In this document: piece by piece, positions 9,806-20,074 of the stretch
How the letters are laid out: the number at the start of each line of letters is the position of its first letter
Position numbering within the stretch: position 1 is the first letter of the stretch
Virus record (IMG/VR): IMGVR_UViG_3300035497_000313
Location: 38,437 to 102,436 of that record
Direction: 5' to 3' (one strand)
DNA: 64,000 nucleotides
From: a virus
Taxonomy: Duplodnaviria > Caudoviricetes
Program-made: the position numbers and the translations under genes
Notes under the pieces: model-generated
What the model saw: only the letters and a program-made list of their open reading frames with translations
The model's database searches: none
Told to the model about the DNA's origin: nothing

Positions 9806-11293
9806 TTATAATATATTTGTACCGTATATTGCTACAGGAACTATTAAATTGTTTTTTGACGTACCGCCAGAAGTAGAATATTCATAACCACCCCATATGT
9901 ATAATTCCGTAGATGACTTAATAGAAAATTGCCGTGTATACCATGTATTGCCACCTACCCATTGGTCAGATACACACATCATCATAGTTGTATATCCAGC
10001 AGTAGCATAGTTTGTGCCAACTCTAAACTTTTTCTGTAGAATCGTACAGTTTTTAGAACCCCTATCACTATCTAAAATATATTCAATAACCAAATATTTA
10101 AAATCTGCAACAGAATGAGTTAATGATACTGATTGTGCTGAAAATTCATTAAGATTCCCATAATCATTTTTATTACTATTTTCCCAAAGTATACCTGAGT
10201 CGACACCCAAGGTTGTTTTAACACCAGCGACATCAGTTGCTCCTGTACCACCATATTTTATAGGCAAAGTACCGTATACACCAAGTGTTACGTCTTTGGT
10301 TCCATCAAATGTAACTAGAGAAGTACTTGCTAAATTGACTGACATAGCCCTAGGATTATTTAATCTTTCAGATGTGGCAACATACGTTATTTTAACATCT
10401 CCTGTACTACCATTAACTGACGTTACTGTATTTACTTGGGCACCTGAAGCTATACCATCTAATTTTGCTTTATCACTTGCTGACATTAAACCATCTGTTG
10501 ACTGTGAAGCAGTACTGTATGTCGTATCAGTAAGACTAACAGTTGTGTTAGAACTTTGATTTGCTGAAAATGTTGCAACTTGAGTATTATTTTGCTTAAT
10601 TGTTAATGTTCCATTATTAACAGTAGGAATTGTAGGTGTATCATTTAAATCTGAATAACTACCACTCGATGCTACTGTTGCAAGCCCTAAGTTACTACGT
10701 GCCGTTGTAGCATCCGTTGCGCCTGTGCCACCTCGAGTTATAGGCAAAGTACCCGTTACACCGGGTGTTATGTTAATAGAACCGTCAAACGAAGATGCAG
10801 AAGTACTTCCTAAGTCAGTCTGTATAGTTCTGGAATTATATAATTTTGTTGCAGTAGAAGCATTTCCACTTATACTATTTCCCAATGTATTGTTACATTT
10901 AACAGGCACACCATCAGAACTAAAATAAACTGGATAAGTAGAAGAACCAACTGCACTAGATAAATTAAGACTATCTGCTGTAGCAGCAGAACTAATATTA
11001 GTTGCCGTACCTGTAAGTCCTATACTTAATTTCTTAGTACTACTATTTTGAGATAATGTAACAGTCATACCATTTGATTTTGAACTGCCAACATCAATTA
11101 AATCAGTTCCAAGCTTTTTTGCTGTTACTACACCATCTTTAACAGAACTTGCTTCAGTAGCTGTGTCAGCATTACCTTTTAACGACCCAGTTATTGTTCC
11201 CCCTACCTCTAAATTATTTGCAATATAAGCATCGCCATCTGTTTTATTATCAGTATTTAGAACTTGTAATTTTTCTTTACCTGTATAAGACAT
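9806..11293 (-). CDS. tail fibre protein
   Basis: Two GTLPI..GGTGATD repeats, GLMSASDKAKLDGI motif, C-terminal receptor-binding-like domain. Confidence 0.8.
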   Translation of the reverse strand: MSYTGKEKLQVLNTDNKTDGDAYIANNLEVGGTITGSLKGNADTATEASSVKDGVVTAKKLGTDLIDVGSSKSNGMTVTLSQNSSTKKLSIGLTGTATNISSAATADSLNLSSAVGSSTYPVYFSSDGVPVKCNNTLGNSISGNASTATKLYNSRTIQTDLGSTSASSFDGSINITPGVTGTLPITRGGTGATDATTARSNLGLATVASSGSYSDLNDTPTIPTVNNGTLTIKQNNTQVATFSANQSSNTTVSLTDTTYSTASQSTDGLMSASDKAKLDGIASGAQVNTVTSVNGSTGDVKITYVATSERLNNPRAMSVNLASTSLVTFDGTKDVTLGVYGTLPIKYGGTGATDVAGVKTTLGVDSGILWENSNKNDYGNLNEFSAQSVSLTHSVADFKYLVIEYILDSDRGSKNCTILQKKFRVGTNYATAGYTTMMMCVSDQWVGGNTWYTRQFSIKSSTELYIWGGYEYSTSGGTSKNNLIVPVAIYGTNIL

Positions 11294-11367
11294 TGTTTTT
11301 ATCTTCCTTTATGTTTTTTCTACATTATAACACAATACCTTTCATTCTGTCTAATTTCATTCTAAAT

Positions 11368-11401
11368 AAAAAGTAGTTATAAATAATTATAACTACTTTT
11401 T
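11368..11401 (-). terminator. intrinsic terminator closing the pentamer array
   Basis: AAAAAGTAGTTATA-loop-TATAACTACTTTTT followed by a U-rich tail. Confidence 0.7.
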
Positions 11402-11413
11402 ACCTTGTTATTT

Positions 11414-12090
11414 CGTTCAATGCCTATACGTTACAAAAATTAACTACACAATTCCAATACTATTCCGCACTTCACTCTGCGCTTCCTTTACGTAACCGAA
11501 CGAAACTAAACGTCACATTTCCTTAACAATACCGTACTCTACTTCACAATACTAAGCCTACACTTATCAAAACCGTACACTACGAAACCTTTACATAACA
11601 TCACGAAGCTGAACATAGCTTTTCCACGGCATTACTCAACGTTGCAATTCCTTAACTGCGCAATTCATATCCATTACGATACTTAACTTGACAATTCCAA
11701 TACAGAGCCAAACTAAACTTTACAGTTCCAACGCTTTTTGATACATCACTCTACATTTCCATTACCTTACGACACTTTACTCAGCTTAGCCATTACCAAA
11801 CTAAAACATACATTACCATTACTATACAATACGGCACTCGTCTTGACCATTACTTTACTGGACTTTACTTCGCATTTCTTTTACCATACATCTCCGAACG
11901 TAGCTTTCACAATACATAGCGTTTTATTACAGTACTGTACCGTTCCTATACTGGACTAAACTCAACATTACCTTTACTTGGCTGTTCCATACTATTCCGT
12001 ACCGCTACTTTACGATACTTCCCTTCACAACACCGCACCGTTGCTAGCCACAACGTAACTTAACAGGACCGCCCAGCACAAAGCCTTTGC
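11414..12090 (-). repeat. non-coding pentamer/hexamer array (candidate guide RNA)
   Basis: About 110 pentamers, all but 4 starting with G (mostly GT/GC/GA + NNN), in 22 blocks each opened by a hexamer (consensus GTAAWG); no minus-strand ORF. Confidence 0.9.
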
Positions 12091-12091
12091 A

Positions 12092-12724
12092 TTATTTATC
12101 GTCTTTATTACCACCTACGGTATTACCATTTTCGTCTAATAATTCATATCGGAAGGACCCCTTTCCAGAGTTACGCCATTGTAAGAAACCATTATACCTA
12201 CCATAATTAAGCCACTCTTTTACAAGTTCTTCAAGTGTATCATCTAATATTGTAATTCCAAATGTACAAGTAGAACCAGCATTTATTTCTTCACTTATTG
12301 CAATACTTATTCTTTCACCTTGCATTGTTTGTGCTCTTAATGGTCTTTGACATTCTGTAATTTCTGTAATATTTTCAATTTTATTTTTTCTATCGTCAAT
12401 AAATACACATAAGTCTATTACTTTCTTATATGCTTTAATTGCTTTTGACTTACTACCTGTTGCCATTCTCATTGCACTACAAGCTGACTTAAAGAAACCT
12501 TTAATTTGATAATCATAAATAAAAGGTGTACCATCTTCTAACTTAGGAAACCAAGTCTTTCCTTTTTCTACTACTTCGTCTACACCTACAGAAGCTACTT
12601 CATCTTCAATAGTGTTTGCATCGGGTGACTTACTTCCTATAAAGGAACGATAAATATCTTTATCACCTGTTTGTGTTCCTAAAACTGATTGTGTAAATGT
12701 GATTTTTACTTTTAAATTTTTCAT
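12092..12724 (-). CDS. stand-alone Cas7/RAMP-like protein
   Basis: N-terminal strand + LG; PFIYDYQIKGFFKSA (RAMP P.I.g..lKG..r); C-terminal glycine-rich loop GFLQWRNSGKGSF; AGGAG SD. Confidence 0.75.
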   Translation of the reverse strand: MKNLKVKITFTQSVLGTQTGDKDIYRSFIGSKSPDANTIEDEVASVGVDEVVEKGKTWFPKLEDGTPFIYDYQIKGFFKSACSAMRMATGSKSKAIKAYKKVIDLCVFIDDRKNKIENITEITECQRPLRAQTMQGERISIAISEEINAGSTCTFGITILDDTLEELVKEWLNYGRYNGFLQWRNSGKGSFRYELLDENGNTVGGNKDDK

Positions 12725-13020
12725 AAATATTTTCTCCTGTTAGTTTAATTTTCTATTTTTAACCTGTTACGGTTATTTCTAATGTTTGTATTTGTTCTGC
12801 TAAATTTAAATGGTCTACTTCCCACTCAGTAAATGGTAAAACTTTTATATCTAGTACATTGTATTTATCTATTTCTTCATTAAATAAAAGTTCTGGAATA
12901 AATCTTCCGAAAAAGATAGTTTCACCTGTATCTGTTACAATGTCTAGTTCTGTTTCATAATGTACAAAAGTTAATAACATTCTTAACGATAATATATTTG
13001 TCATTCTTTACCTCTACATC

Positions 13021-13051
13021 TATATTATATGCTACTTTAAGTAATTTTTGA
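13021..13051 (-). promoter_or_regulatory. class-2 promoter (TCAAA-N15-CATATAATA) upstream of the Cas7-like operon
   Basis: Same motif and spacing recur at about 28801, 31461 and 36626, and partially at 33976. Confidence 0.6.
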
Positions 13052-13483
13052 TTAAACTTGCTTAAAATATTTCTCACCTAATTTTGTTGCCATTCCTTCA
13101 AACCATATACTATCATAAGATGGAAGTTGTTTACCTGTTTTATAATACTTATATTTTTTATACCAATTTCTATACCAATATCTTATTCCACTTGGTATAC
13201 TAACTATAAATGGGAATATTGGTCCAAACATTAAATTCTGTATTCCGTGCCCAGCTTCGTGTTGACGTATATGTAGTGTAGGATTTTTATTAACAATAAA
13301 AAATGGTCCTAATTCTAATCCACCCCAATTACTTCCAACTTCAAAATAAATATTGTAATGAAATCTTTTTGGTTTATGACCTGTGATAATTAAAATAAGA
13401 CACACAATTAAGCCTACAAGCGAAATTAATATTCCCCACGTAAAACTTATTAACCAATAACCAATTCCTTTTAAAACACGCAT
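13052..13483 (-). CDS. membrane protein with HExxH motif (putative metallopeptidase)
   Basis: TM helix; QHEAGH; downstream WFE. Confidence 0.55.
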   Translation of the reverse strand: MRVLKGIGYWLISFTWGILISLVGLIVCLILIITGHKPKRFHYNIYFEVGSNWGGLELGPFFIVNKNPTLHIRQHEAGHGIQNLMFGPIFPFIVSIPSGIRYWYRNWYKKYKYYKTGKQLPSYDSIWFEGMATKLGEKYFKQV

Positions 13484-13506
13484 TTTTAATCACTCCTTAT
13501 CTATTT

Positions 13507-13941
13507 TTATTTTATACCTGAATCACTACAACCACAAACAAATTCATCTGATGAATAATGTCTAAATACCATATTTTCATCTTCTATCATATGTGGTTGT
13601 TTAAGCCATTCTATTTCTTTTTGTAGAGCTTCATCTCTACTACAATTTTTGCCTGAAAAATCTCCATACCAAAAATCAAATGGAGCAATCCAATTCTTAT
13701 GTATTCTTGTTTTAGCATAATCTTCGATTGACAAATTTTTAAACCATTCAAAATTAGTTGTATCGTTTTTATGCTGTTCTAAATAATTATCAACTACCTT
13801 ATGAAAAGTTAATTCAACTTGCTTACAATCTGTAACAGTAAATTCAATATTTAATCTTTGTATTGTACCTTCTATACAAAGTTGATTAAAATCAAATTCT
13901 ATTGTTGCTGTAAAACCTTTATAATATAATTTATTATCCAT
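13507..13941 (-). CDS. HicB-like N-terminal domain protein
   Basis: YKGFTATIEFD...IEGTI...FHKVVDNYLE. Confidence 0.4.
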   Translation of the reverse strand: MDNKLYYKGFTATIEFDFNQLCIEGTIQRLNIEFTVTDCKQVELTFHKVVDNYLEQHKNDTTNFEWFKNLSIEDYAKTRIHKNWIAPFDFWYGDFSGKNCSRDEALQKEIEWLKQPHMIEDENMVFRHYSSDEFVCGCSDSGIK

Positions 13942-14560
13942 TTTTATTACTCCTTACTACATCATAGATGTTTTGATTTATTATTTTTATATTCCTTAAA
14001 GCATCTATCGCATAAAAGTCTTCCATCTTTAACTTTATGCATATGTGCCCATTTTATTGCTTGTTGTACACTATGTACTCTTTCACTGTTATTATCTGGT
14101 ATTACATCACCACAACCACATTCATCGCACTCAACGGTATACTGCACTAAATGATAAGCTGTTACTGCCATAATTAATTCCTTCCTTTTAAATTATTTAT
14201 TTTATTACACAATTCTTATCATAATTAGGAATATCAAACTTAAATAAAAGTTGTTTATACCTATCATAAATATTTACAGTATGATGTTGAACATCTTGAG
14301 TACGAGTTAAATTACTCGCACATTCATAACCTGCTATAAACCCTCGTACATTGCATATACTCTCTTTTTTAGTTAGATACTCAAAATTAACTAAATGAAA
14401 ATCATTATTATAATAATCAACAATTTTATTGAGATACACCGAAACATTATTAAACTCCGCTAAATTATCGAGGAGTTCAAAGACGTGTTTTGTCATATCA
14501 TCAATCTCTAAATATTCTGTACCGTCTTCTTTTACTTTTTTCTTAAAATAAATTGTTTTC

Positions 14561-14799
14561 ACGTTATTATTCTCCTTAAAAATTATTAAAATATTTATTA
14601 GAATATGTTTACTCTAACTGGGTTAAACGCAAACCCTCTACTAATTATTTGAAAAAATTCAAAATTATCAGCTTCTTTTTATAAAAAAATATTTAAATTT
14701 TATCGTTTATAATGAAAAATTTGTTTAATTTACATTATTTAAAATTTGCTTAATAAAATTTAATTTTTTTAATATTATTTAATGTTTTGACATATTATA
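14561..14799 (-). mobile_element. non-autonomous TnpB-associated IS derivative (MITE-like), copy 1
   Basis: Highly similar to 37181-37429; retains a TnpB-like C-terminal remnant QIISRGFAFNPVRVNIF*. Confidence 0.65.
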
Positions 14800-15336
14800 A
14801 TAAAACACAAATTATAAATATTCCCATTATTTTTCCTCCAATTAACGTATTCGTATGTATGTTTCTACATAATCTTGTGTCTCATAAAAGTCAAATTTTT
14901 CATTTGGATATTCTTCTTTTACATTTTGTGATAACTTTCTTTTCGCTTTTTCTAAGTTAGTAAACCAAGTTTCACCATAATCGTCATACCACCATTCCCA
15001 AGAATCAGCACATCTTTTTCCTCCAAACGAACTTATAAAAAACGTTTTTTCACCTACAGCATAAACAGTTTCTTTCAAGATATGTTCATTATGATAAATA
15101 CAATATACTTTTCTACCTATTGACGGTTTCATTCTTCACACCTCTGTTTTTCTATGTGTTCTGCAGAAAGCCACTTTTTTAAGCAGGTCATACAATAAGG
15201 TTCTGAGTTGCAATCATATAGCGAAATACGACTACATAAACTACTATTACCACAAACCTCAATAAATTCATCATCGGTTAAGCTATTTAACCATTCACGA
15301 TTTGTCATTTTAACTCTCCTCAGTTACTTATCTTGT

Positions 15337-15369
15337 TTATAGTATAACACTATAATAAATAAATGTCAA
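15337..15369 (-). promoter_or_regulatory. class-1 promoter TTGACA-17-TATACT within TATAGTGTTATACTATAA
   Basis: Same or related motif at about 20046, 25533, 32042, 32769, 34784, 37677, 38266, 43495. Confidence 0.8.
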
Positions 15370-15953
15370 CTAAATTACAGAACATTTTTTATTTTTCTAT
15401 ACATAAAACTTCTTTAAGTTTTTTATCTACATCACTCATAATCATTTTATAAATTTGTTCTTGTCTTTCTTTTGGAGTTTTACATAACCATTTGTCTTTA
15501 AACTTTTTAACTTGCTTTCTGTAGTCTGCTTCTTCTGTATCACCAGACTTCCACCATTCTAATTCATATAATACATCACATAAGTCTAAAATTAATTCAT
15601 TTAACTCAATGTCTTCCATTTTATCTTCATATGTATCTCTTATATCATTATATAAATAATCAAATACTCCACCACTCATTATTTATTTACTCCTTTAATT
15701 AATTAAATTATTATCCGTATTGTTATCTTTATTATCATTTTCATCAGTATCAGAAATTGTACTATTTAAATTTTTAATTATTACCTGAAAGTATGTTATT
15801 ATAAATTCCTGTACTTCTTTTATTGTTAAATCTCTTTCTACTTTTGATAAAGCTTTTACGGCAGAATTTATTGCATTTTGTATGTTGTCTATGGCACGTT
15901 CTGTAGCGTGTGATACACCCATTACGTAAGCATCAATTATATAATTAGTTATA

Positions 15954-16493
15954 TTATCCATTATTATTGTCCTCTACACACGTCCAACTATTAGCTATTT
16001 TAGATAGCGTATGCTTCCATATTGTATTATAAACATAAAAATCTGTTACCTCTTTTGGTTCATCGTACAACTTAAAATTTGTTATTTCAACACCGTACAA
16101 TAAAGAACTATTAGCTCCAAATTTATTTAATTCTTCTGCTGTCACTTGTCCTCCTCGTTCAAGTTCTAAGGGTTCTATTATTACTTTTATGCGATTACAA
16201 ATAAATTCTCCAATTACTTTTCCATTAAGTAGTTTATAATTAGAATCTTCGTATACTCCAGTAAGCTTCGAATAAGAAGGTGTAAAAGAATAAATATTAT
16301 TTGTAGGTGTAAATAAATAATGTTGTACTTTTCCTTCACTAGAATCTATTTCTAATTTTTTATTGCAATATAAATAACCTTTAAATGGAATATTTATTGA
16401 AGGTAAAGTTTTTGTTATTATTAATGACTTTTTATTTTCTATTATTAATTTACAATTATTTGCATTTTGGGCAAATATAACTGCTTTATCCAT
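15954..16493 (-). CDS. ASCH-domain-like protein (diverged paralog)
   Basis: Shares PFK..Y/LYC..K, NGKVIGEFIC and LYD.PK motifs with 16870-17508. Confidence 0.6.
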   Translation of the reverse strand: MDKAVIFAQNANNCKLIIENKKSLIITKTLPSINIPFKGYLYCNKKLEIDSSEGKVQHYLFTPTNNIYSFTPSYSKLTGVYEDSNYKLLNGKVIGEFICNRIKVIIEPLELERGGQVTAEELNKFGANSSLLYGVEITNFKLYDEPKEVTDFYVYNTIWKHTLSKIANSWTCVEDNNNG

Positions 16494-16869
16494 TTGTTTG
16501 CCTCTTAATCAGTTGTACAATATCCGACTGTGGTTCATAAACAGTACTAAATTCTTTTAGACCGTTTATTATACCTTTAAAAGTTTGGATAAAATACTCT
16601 TGTACCAATGCTGTAGTCCAATCTTCTTTTACGTTATTTAAAGTAGTTGGAATCTTATCGACACATTTTTGTACTAGGTCTATTACACAATCTACAGCAT
16701 CTTTACCACCCATTTTATAAGCTGTATCTAATCTTTGTATTAATTGATTATCCGACTTAGGTGGTCTTGCATTTGAACCGTGCGTAGGTGGTGTAGTTGC
16801 TGTACTTTCCTTTGGTTGATAGCCTTGTTTATCTATATTCATTATTTTTACCTTTAAATATTTCTTTTA

Positions 16870-17508
16870 TTATTCCTCTACATAACACCAACTTTGAGGC
16901 GGTTTCGTAAGTTTATTATTACACTTAACAATAGTATAAGTTTTACAATCTTCACTCCGTGCTCTCTCACACCAAGGTTCACATACTTCATTAGGATATT
17001 TACACGGCTTTTTAAACTCACTTAAATATTTTGGTTTATCATAGATTTTTAAGTTTGATATATGCCAAGCGTAAAAGGTCTTGAATCCGATGCCTATGTA
17101 CTTTTTAAGTTCTTGATACGAAACGCAGGAGTGGGGGAATACAAAGTTTTCATAATCATCGCTTTCATTATCCCAAATCTTTTCAAAATCTTCCTCACCG
17201 TCTTCATCAAGAAAAATTCGTCTTATGTCCTCATAACAATCATTATTGCAAAATTCACTTTCGTATCTGTCTATTCGGTCACAAATAAACTCGCCAATAA
17301 CTTTGCCATTTGCAAAATAAGATATTTTTGTATCACGTAAATTTACAAAACACATCTTCATATCTTGTGTTGCTTTTGTGCAATAAATAAGCACTTTAAA
17401 TGGAACTTCTATTGTTGGTTTAGTTTTTCTTATTTCGTTAGTCTTTTCACCGCATAACATCCCACTACACCATTTAGGATGAATTGATAATAAAACTGCT
17501 TTACTCAT
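16870..17508 (-). CDS. ASCH/PUA-like domain protein
   Basis: LLSIHPKW...GEKTNEIRKT; PPQSWCYV. Confidence 0.75.
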   Translation of the reverse strand: MSKAVLLSIHPKWCSGMLCGEKTNEIRKTKPTIEVPFKVLIYCTKATQDMKMCFVNLRDTKISYFANGKVIGEFICDRIDRYESEFCNNDCYEDIRRIFLDEDGEEDFEKIWDNESDDYENFVFPHSCVSYQELKKYIGIGFKTFYAWHISNLKIYDKPKYLSEFKKPCKYPNEVCEPWCERARSEDCKTYTIVKCNNKLTKPPQSWCYVEE

Positions 17509-18294
17509 TATTGTTATTCTCCTTATTCTTTTTCGCTTTCTCCTTTATAATTTTCAATAATTCTTATCTGACCCATCGCCAAATTATGTGGCTCTGAAAT
17601 AACAGCTATTGAACCCTGGAGGTAATATCCAGTGGTGTCGGCTTGATACAAGACATCTTCTAAATTATTATTTTTTACCCAATGCCAAAACTCGCCATCG
17701 AGTATAGATACCATATCGGCATATTTTGTTCTATGAGCAAGTATGTCCATTACATATTCAGGAACTTTCATTTTCGTTTTCTCCTTTGTAATTCTCAATG
17801 ATTTCAATTTGTCTATCAGATAACGTCTGTGGTTCTACAATTAATGCTATTGAATTGATGCAGTAAAATCCAGAAGTATCTTCTTGATATAGAACATCAT
17901 CAAGATTGTTTTTCGACGCACATTCCCAAAATTCACCATCAAGGCGGCTTATAAGCTCACCAGCCTTTGCCCTACGGTAGAGCAGGTCTTTTATATATTT
18001 AGGCACTTTCATTTTTGTTTCTCCTTAATATTTTTTTCAAGTTTATCCAAACAAGCAAAAAAGTCTAATTCAGAATGTTTGATTAAATCTAATGCAGTTT
18101 GGTATGCACTTGCTTGTCCGTTGTAATATGCAATTACTGCACTTTGCTCTGTCGTGGCTCCGTCACAATATTTTTTAAGTAACCTACGTTGCTCACCTCT
18201 ATAAACATCTCGAAGTTCGCCAATGAACTTTTCTAATTCCTGTATCGAAATATTTCCACCCTTTTCAAGCAACGCACGAAGCTTTAGTTCATAA

Positions 18295-18666
18295 CTATCT
18301 ATTTTGCTCATTATGGTTCTCCTGTAATCTTTCGAAGTAAAATACCACCTTATGAGGCGTTGGTGTTACTAAGCCATACCTTACTGCGTTCTTGTATGTA
18401 ACACTATCTCTTATTAGTACAGCTGGAAATTTCTCCACAGCACTTCTAAATCGTTCAAGTGTCATTGTTGACTTATAATGGTTGCAACTTCGGCAGGAGG
18501 GGAGCATATTGCTTAACTCATCTGCACCATTGTGGTGTTCAAGTGAGACAATGTGGTCAACTTGCATCTCTTTGAATGTTATTTCAATACCACAATATGC
18601 ACAATGTCCGTTGCACTTGCTATAGATTTGTTCTCGTTCTTTACTCTTTAACTTACGTCTATTCAT
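18295..18666 (-). CDS. HNH endonuclease
   Basis: CAYCG...QVDHIV...NMLPSCRSCNHYK; likely start MNRRK at 18666. Confidence 0.85.
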   Translation of the reverse strand: MNRRKLKSKEREQIYSKCNGHCAYCGIEITFKEMQVDHIVSLEHHNGADELSNMLPSCRSCNHYKSTMTLERFRSAVEKFPAVLIRDSVTYKNAVRYGLVTPTPHKVVFYFERLQENHNEQNR

Positions 18667-19874
18667 TATCCACCTCATGACTTTTGCAAATATCAAGTTT
18701 TTTAAAATTTTCAATTTTCCAATTAAATAAACTACACCAATAACGTTTATCACAATAATTATGAGTTTCCATATAACTACTTTTAAGAAATCGACAACCA
18801 TTACAGTTATCATTAGGTACTTCTGCAAAAATTCTAATCGTTTTCATTTTTATTCTCCATACACTCAATTGTTAAGGAATAATGCTTATTATCTATTTCA
18901 AAATCTATTTTATCTTTGTACGTCCTATCTATATAACCATCGTGCTTCCAAGTATTTATAAATGTTTCTTGTATGGTTTTAGCAAACTCGTCTATCATAT
19001 GTTCAATTTTCATTTCAGTTCCCCTGTATACATTTCAATTATCTTGGCTACAGCCTCTTCTTTTGTTTTGAAACACATATCCGTATAGACTTCTTCCTGA
19101 CAATGGTCTTTGTGTGGTGTATTATATTCAAGTCTTACACAAATAGCATTTTTTGAAGTGCGTGGATTATCCATCACTTTTATAGCTACCACTTTCCCAC
19201 AGTACACGGCATACGGGTTACCGTATAACGCATCAAATGAATAGAAATAAACTTGCTCTCCTAAATGGTAAGGTGGCTCTATCAACTCACCACTTTCCAA
19301 CTTATCTTCTAATTCTTTAAGACGACTAAGTTTTTCTATAATTTCTTTGCTGTACTTACCACCATATTCACAATGTGTACAGCTATCAAATACATCATCA
19401 AATTCATAATCTAAAGCCTGTATTAGCTCTACAGTTGTCATTTATTTACTCCTTTATTATATGCTAATTGTTTTAATTTTTGATTTAATAATTATATCTT
19501 CGTATATTTGGAGAGCTACGAACTTCTTGTTTTCTAATTTCATTATAGGCATCATTTTCTTTTTTCCATTCTATGTAATCTTTACATACACCATGACAGC
19601 CTACTTTCCTCCCTGTTTCAGGAGTACACTTTCTACAAGGGCATATTGGTAACATCTTATTTTCCACCTTATCATTTAAAATTTATTTCTATGCCTGTAA
19701 TTTCGGTTGTACGCTAGTTGTGTTACTTGTCTGTATTATTTTCTTATTGACGTAACAAATCGACACACAAGACGATTTACAAGCTTTGCACCAAGGTGCA
19801 TCTTTATATTCTGCGTAAATACATTTCTTACAATTTTTACTTTTCATTTCCCACACGTCCTTCAATACTCTTAT

Positions 19875-20012
19875 TTAGTTGTTTAAATTTAATTTATTTT
19901 GTACCAACAATGTTATGTAAGCCGATACAGTTATTCCTAGTTCAGATGCTTTTGTTTTTAATTGTTCATATACATCTTGCGACAAAGAAATCATTACTTT
20001 CTTTCTAGCCAT
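19875..20012 (-). CDS. ribbon-helix-helix (CopG/Arc-like) regulator, 45 aa, not in the ORF track
   Basis: MARKKVMISLSQDVYEQLKTKASELGITVSAYITLLV; GGAGG SD. Confidence 0.75.
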   Translation of the reverse strand: MARKKVMISLSQDVYEQLKTKASELGITVSAYITLLVQNKLNLNN

Positions 20013-20023
20013 ATTATACCTCC

Positions 20024-20074
20024 ATTTATATAAATTACTGTTTATAGTATAACAGTAATTTATATAAATGTCAA
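20024..20074 (-). promoter_or_regulatory. promoter overlapped by a perfect 19-bp inverted repeat (candidate RHH operator)
   Basis: ATTTATATAAATTACTGTT-N8-AACAGTAATTTATATAAAT flanking the -10. Confidence 0.7.

Noticed and set aside
6058-11293. Diversity-generating retroelement acting on the tail fibres
   Set aside because: No reverse transcriptase and no template/variable repeat pair differing at adenines was seen in the window
11738-11959. + strand 73-aa ORF in the array
   Set aside because: No SD, wrong strand for this genome, low-complexity by-product of the periodicity
11414-12090. Conventional CRISPR array or simple microsatellite
   Set aside because: No identical 20-40 nt repeat; only 1-2 bases per pentamer are fixed and the units are not copies of one another
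18667-18828. Hydrophobic N-terminal extension of the HNH ORF
   Set aside because: Overlaps gene 18659-18868 in another frame; the GAGGTG SD supports a start at 18666
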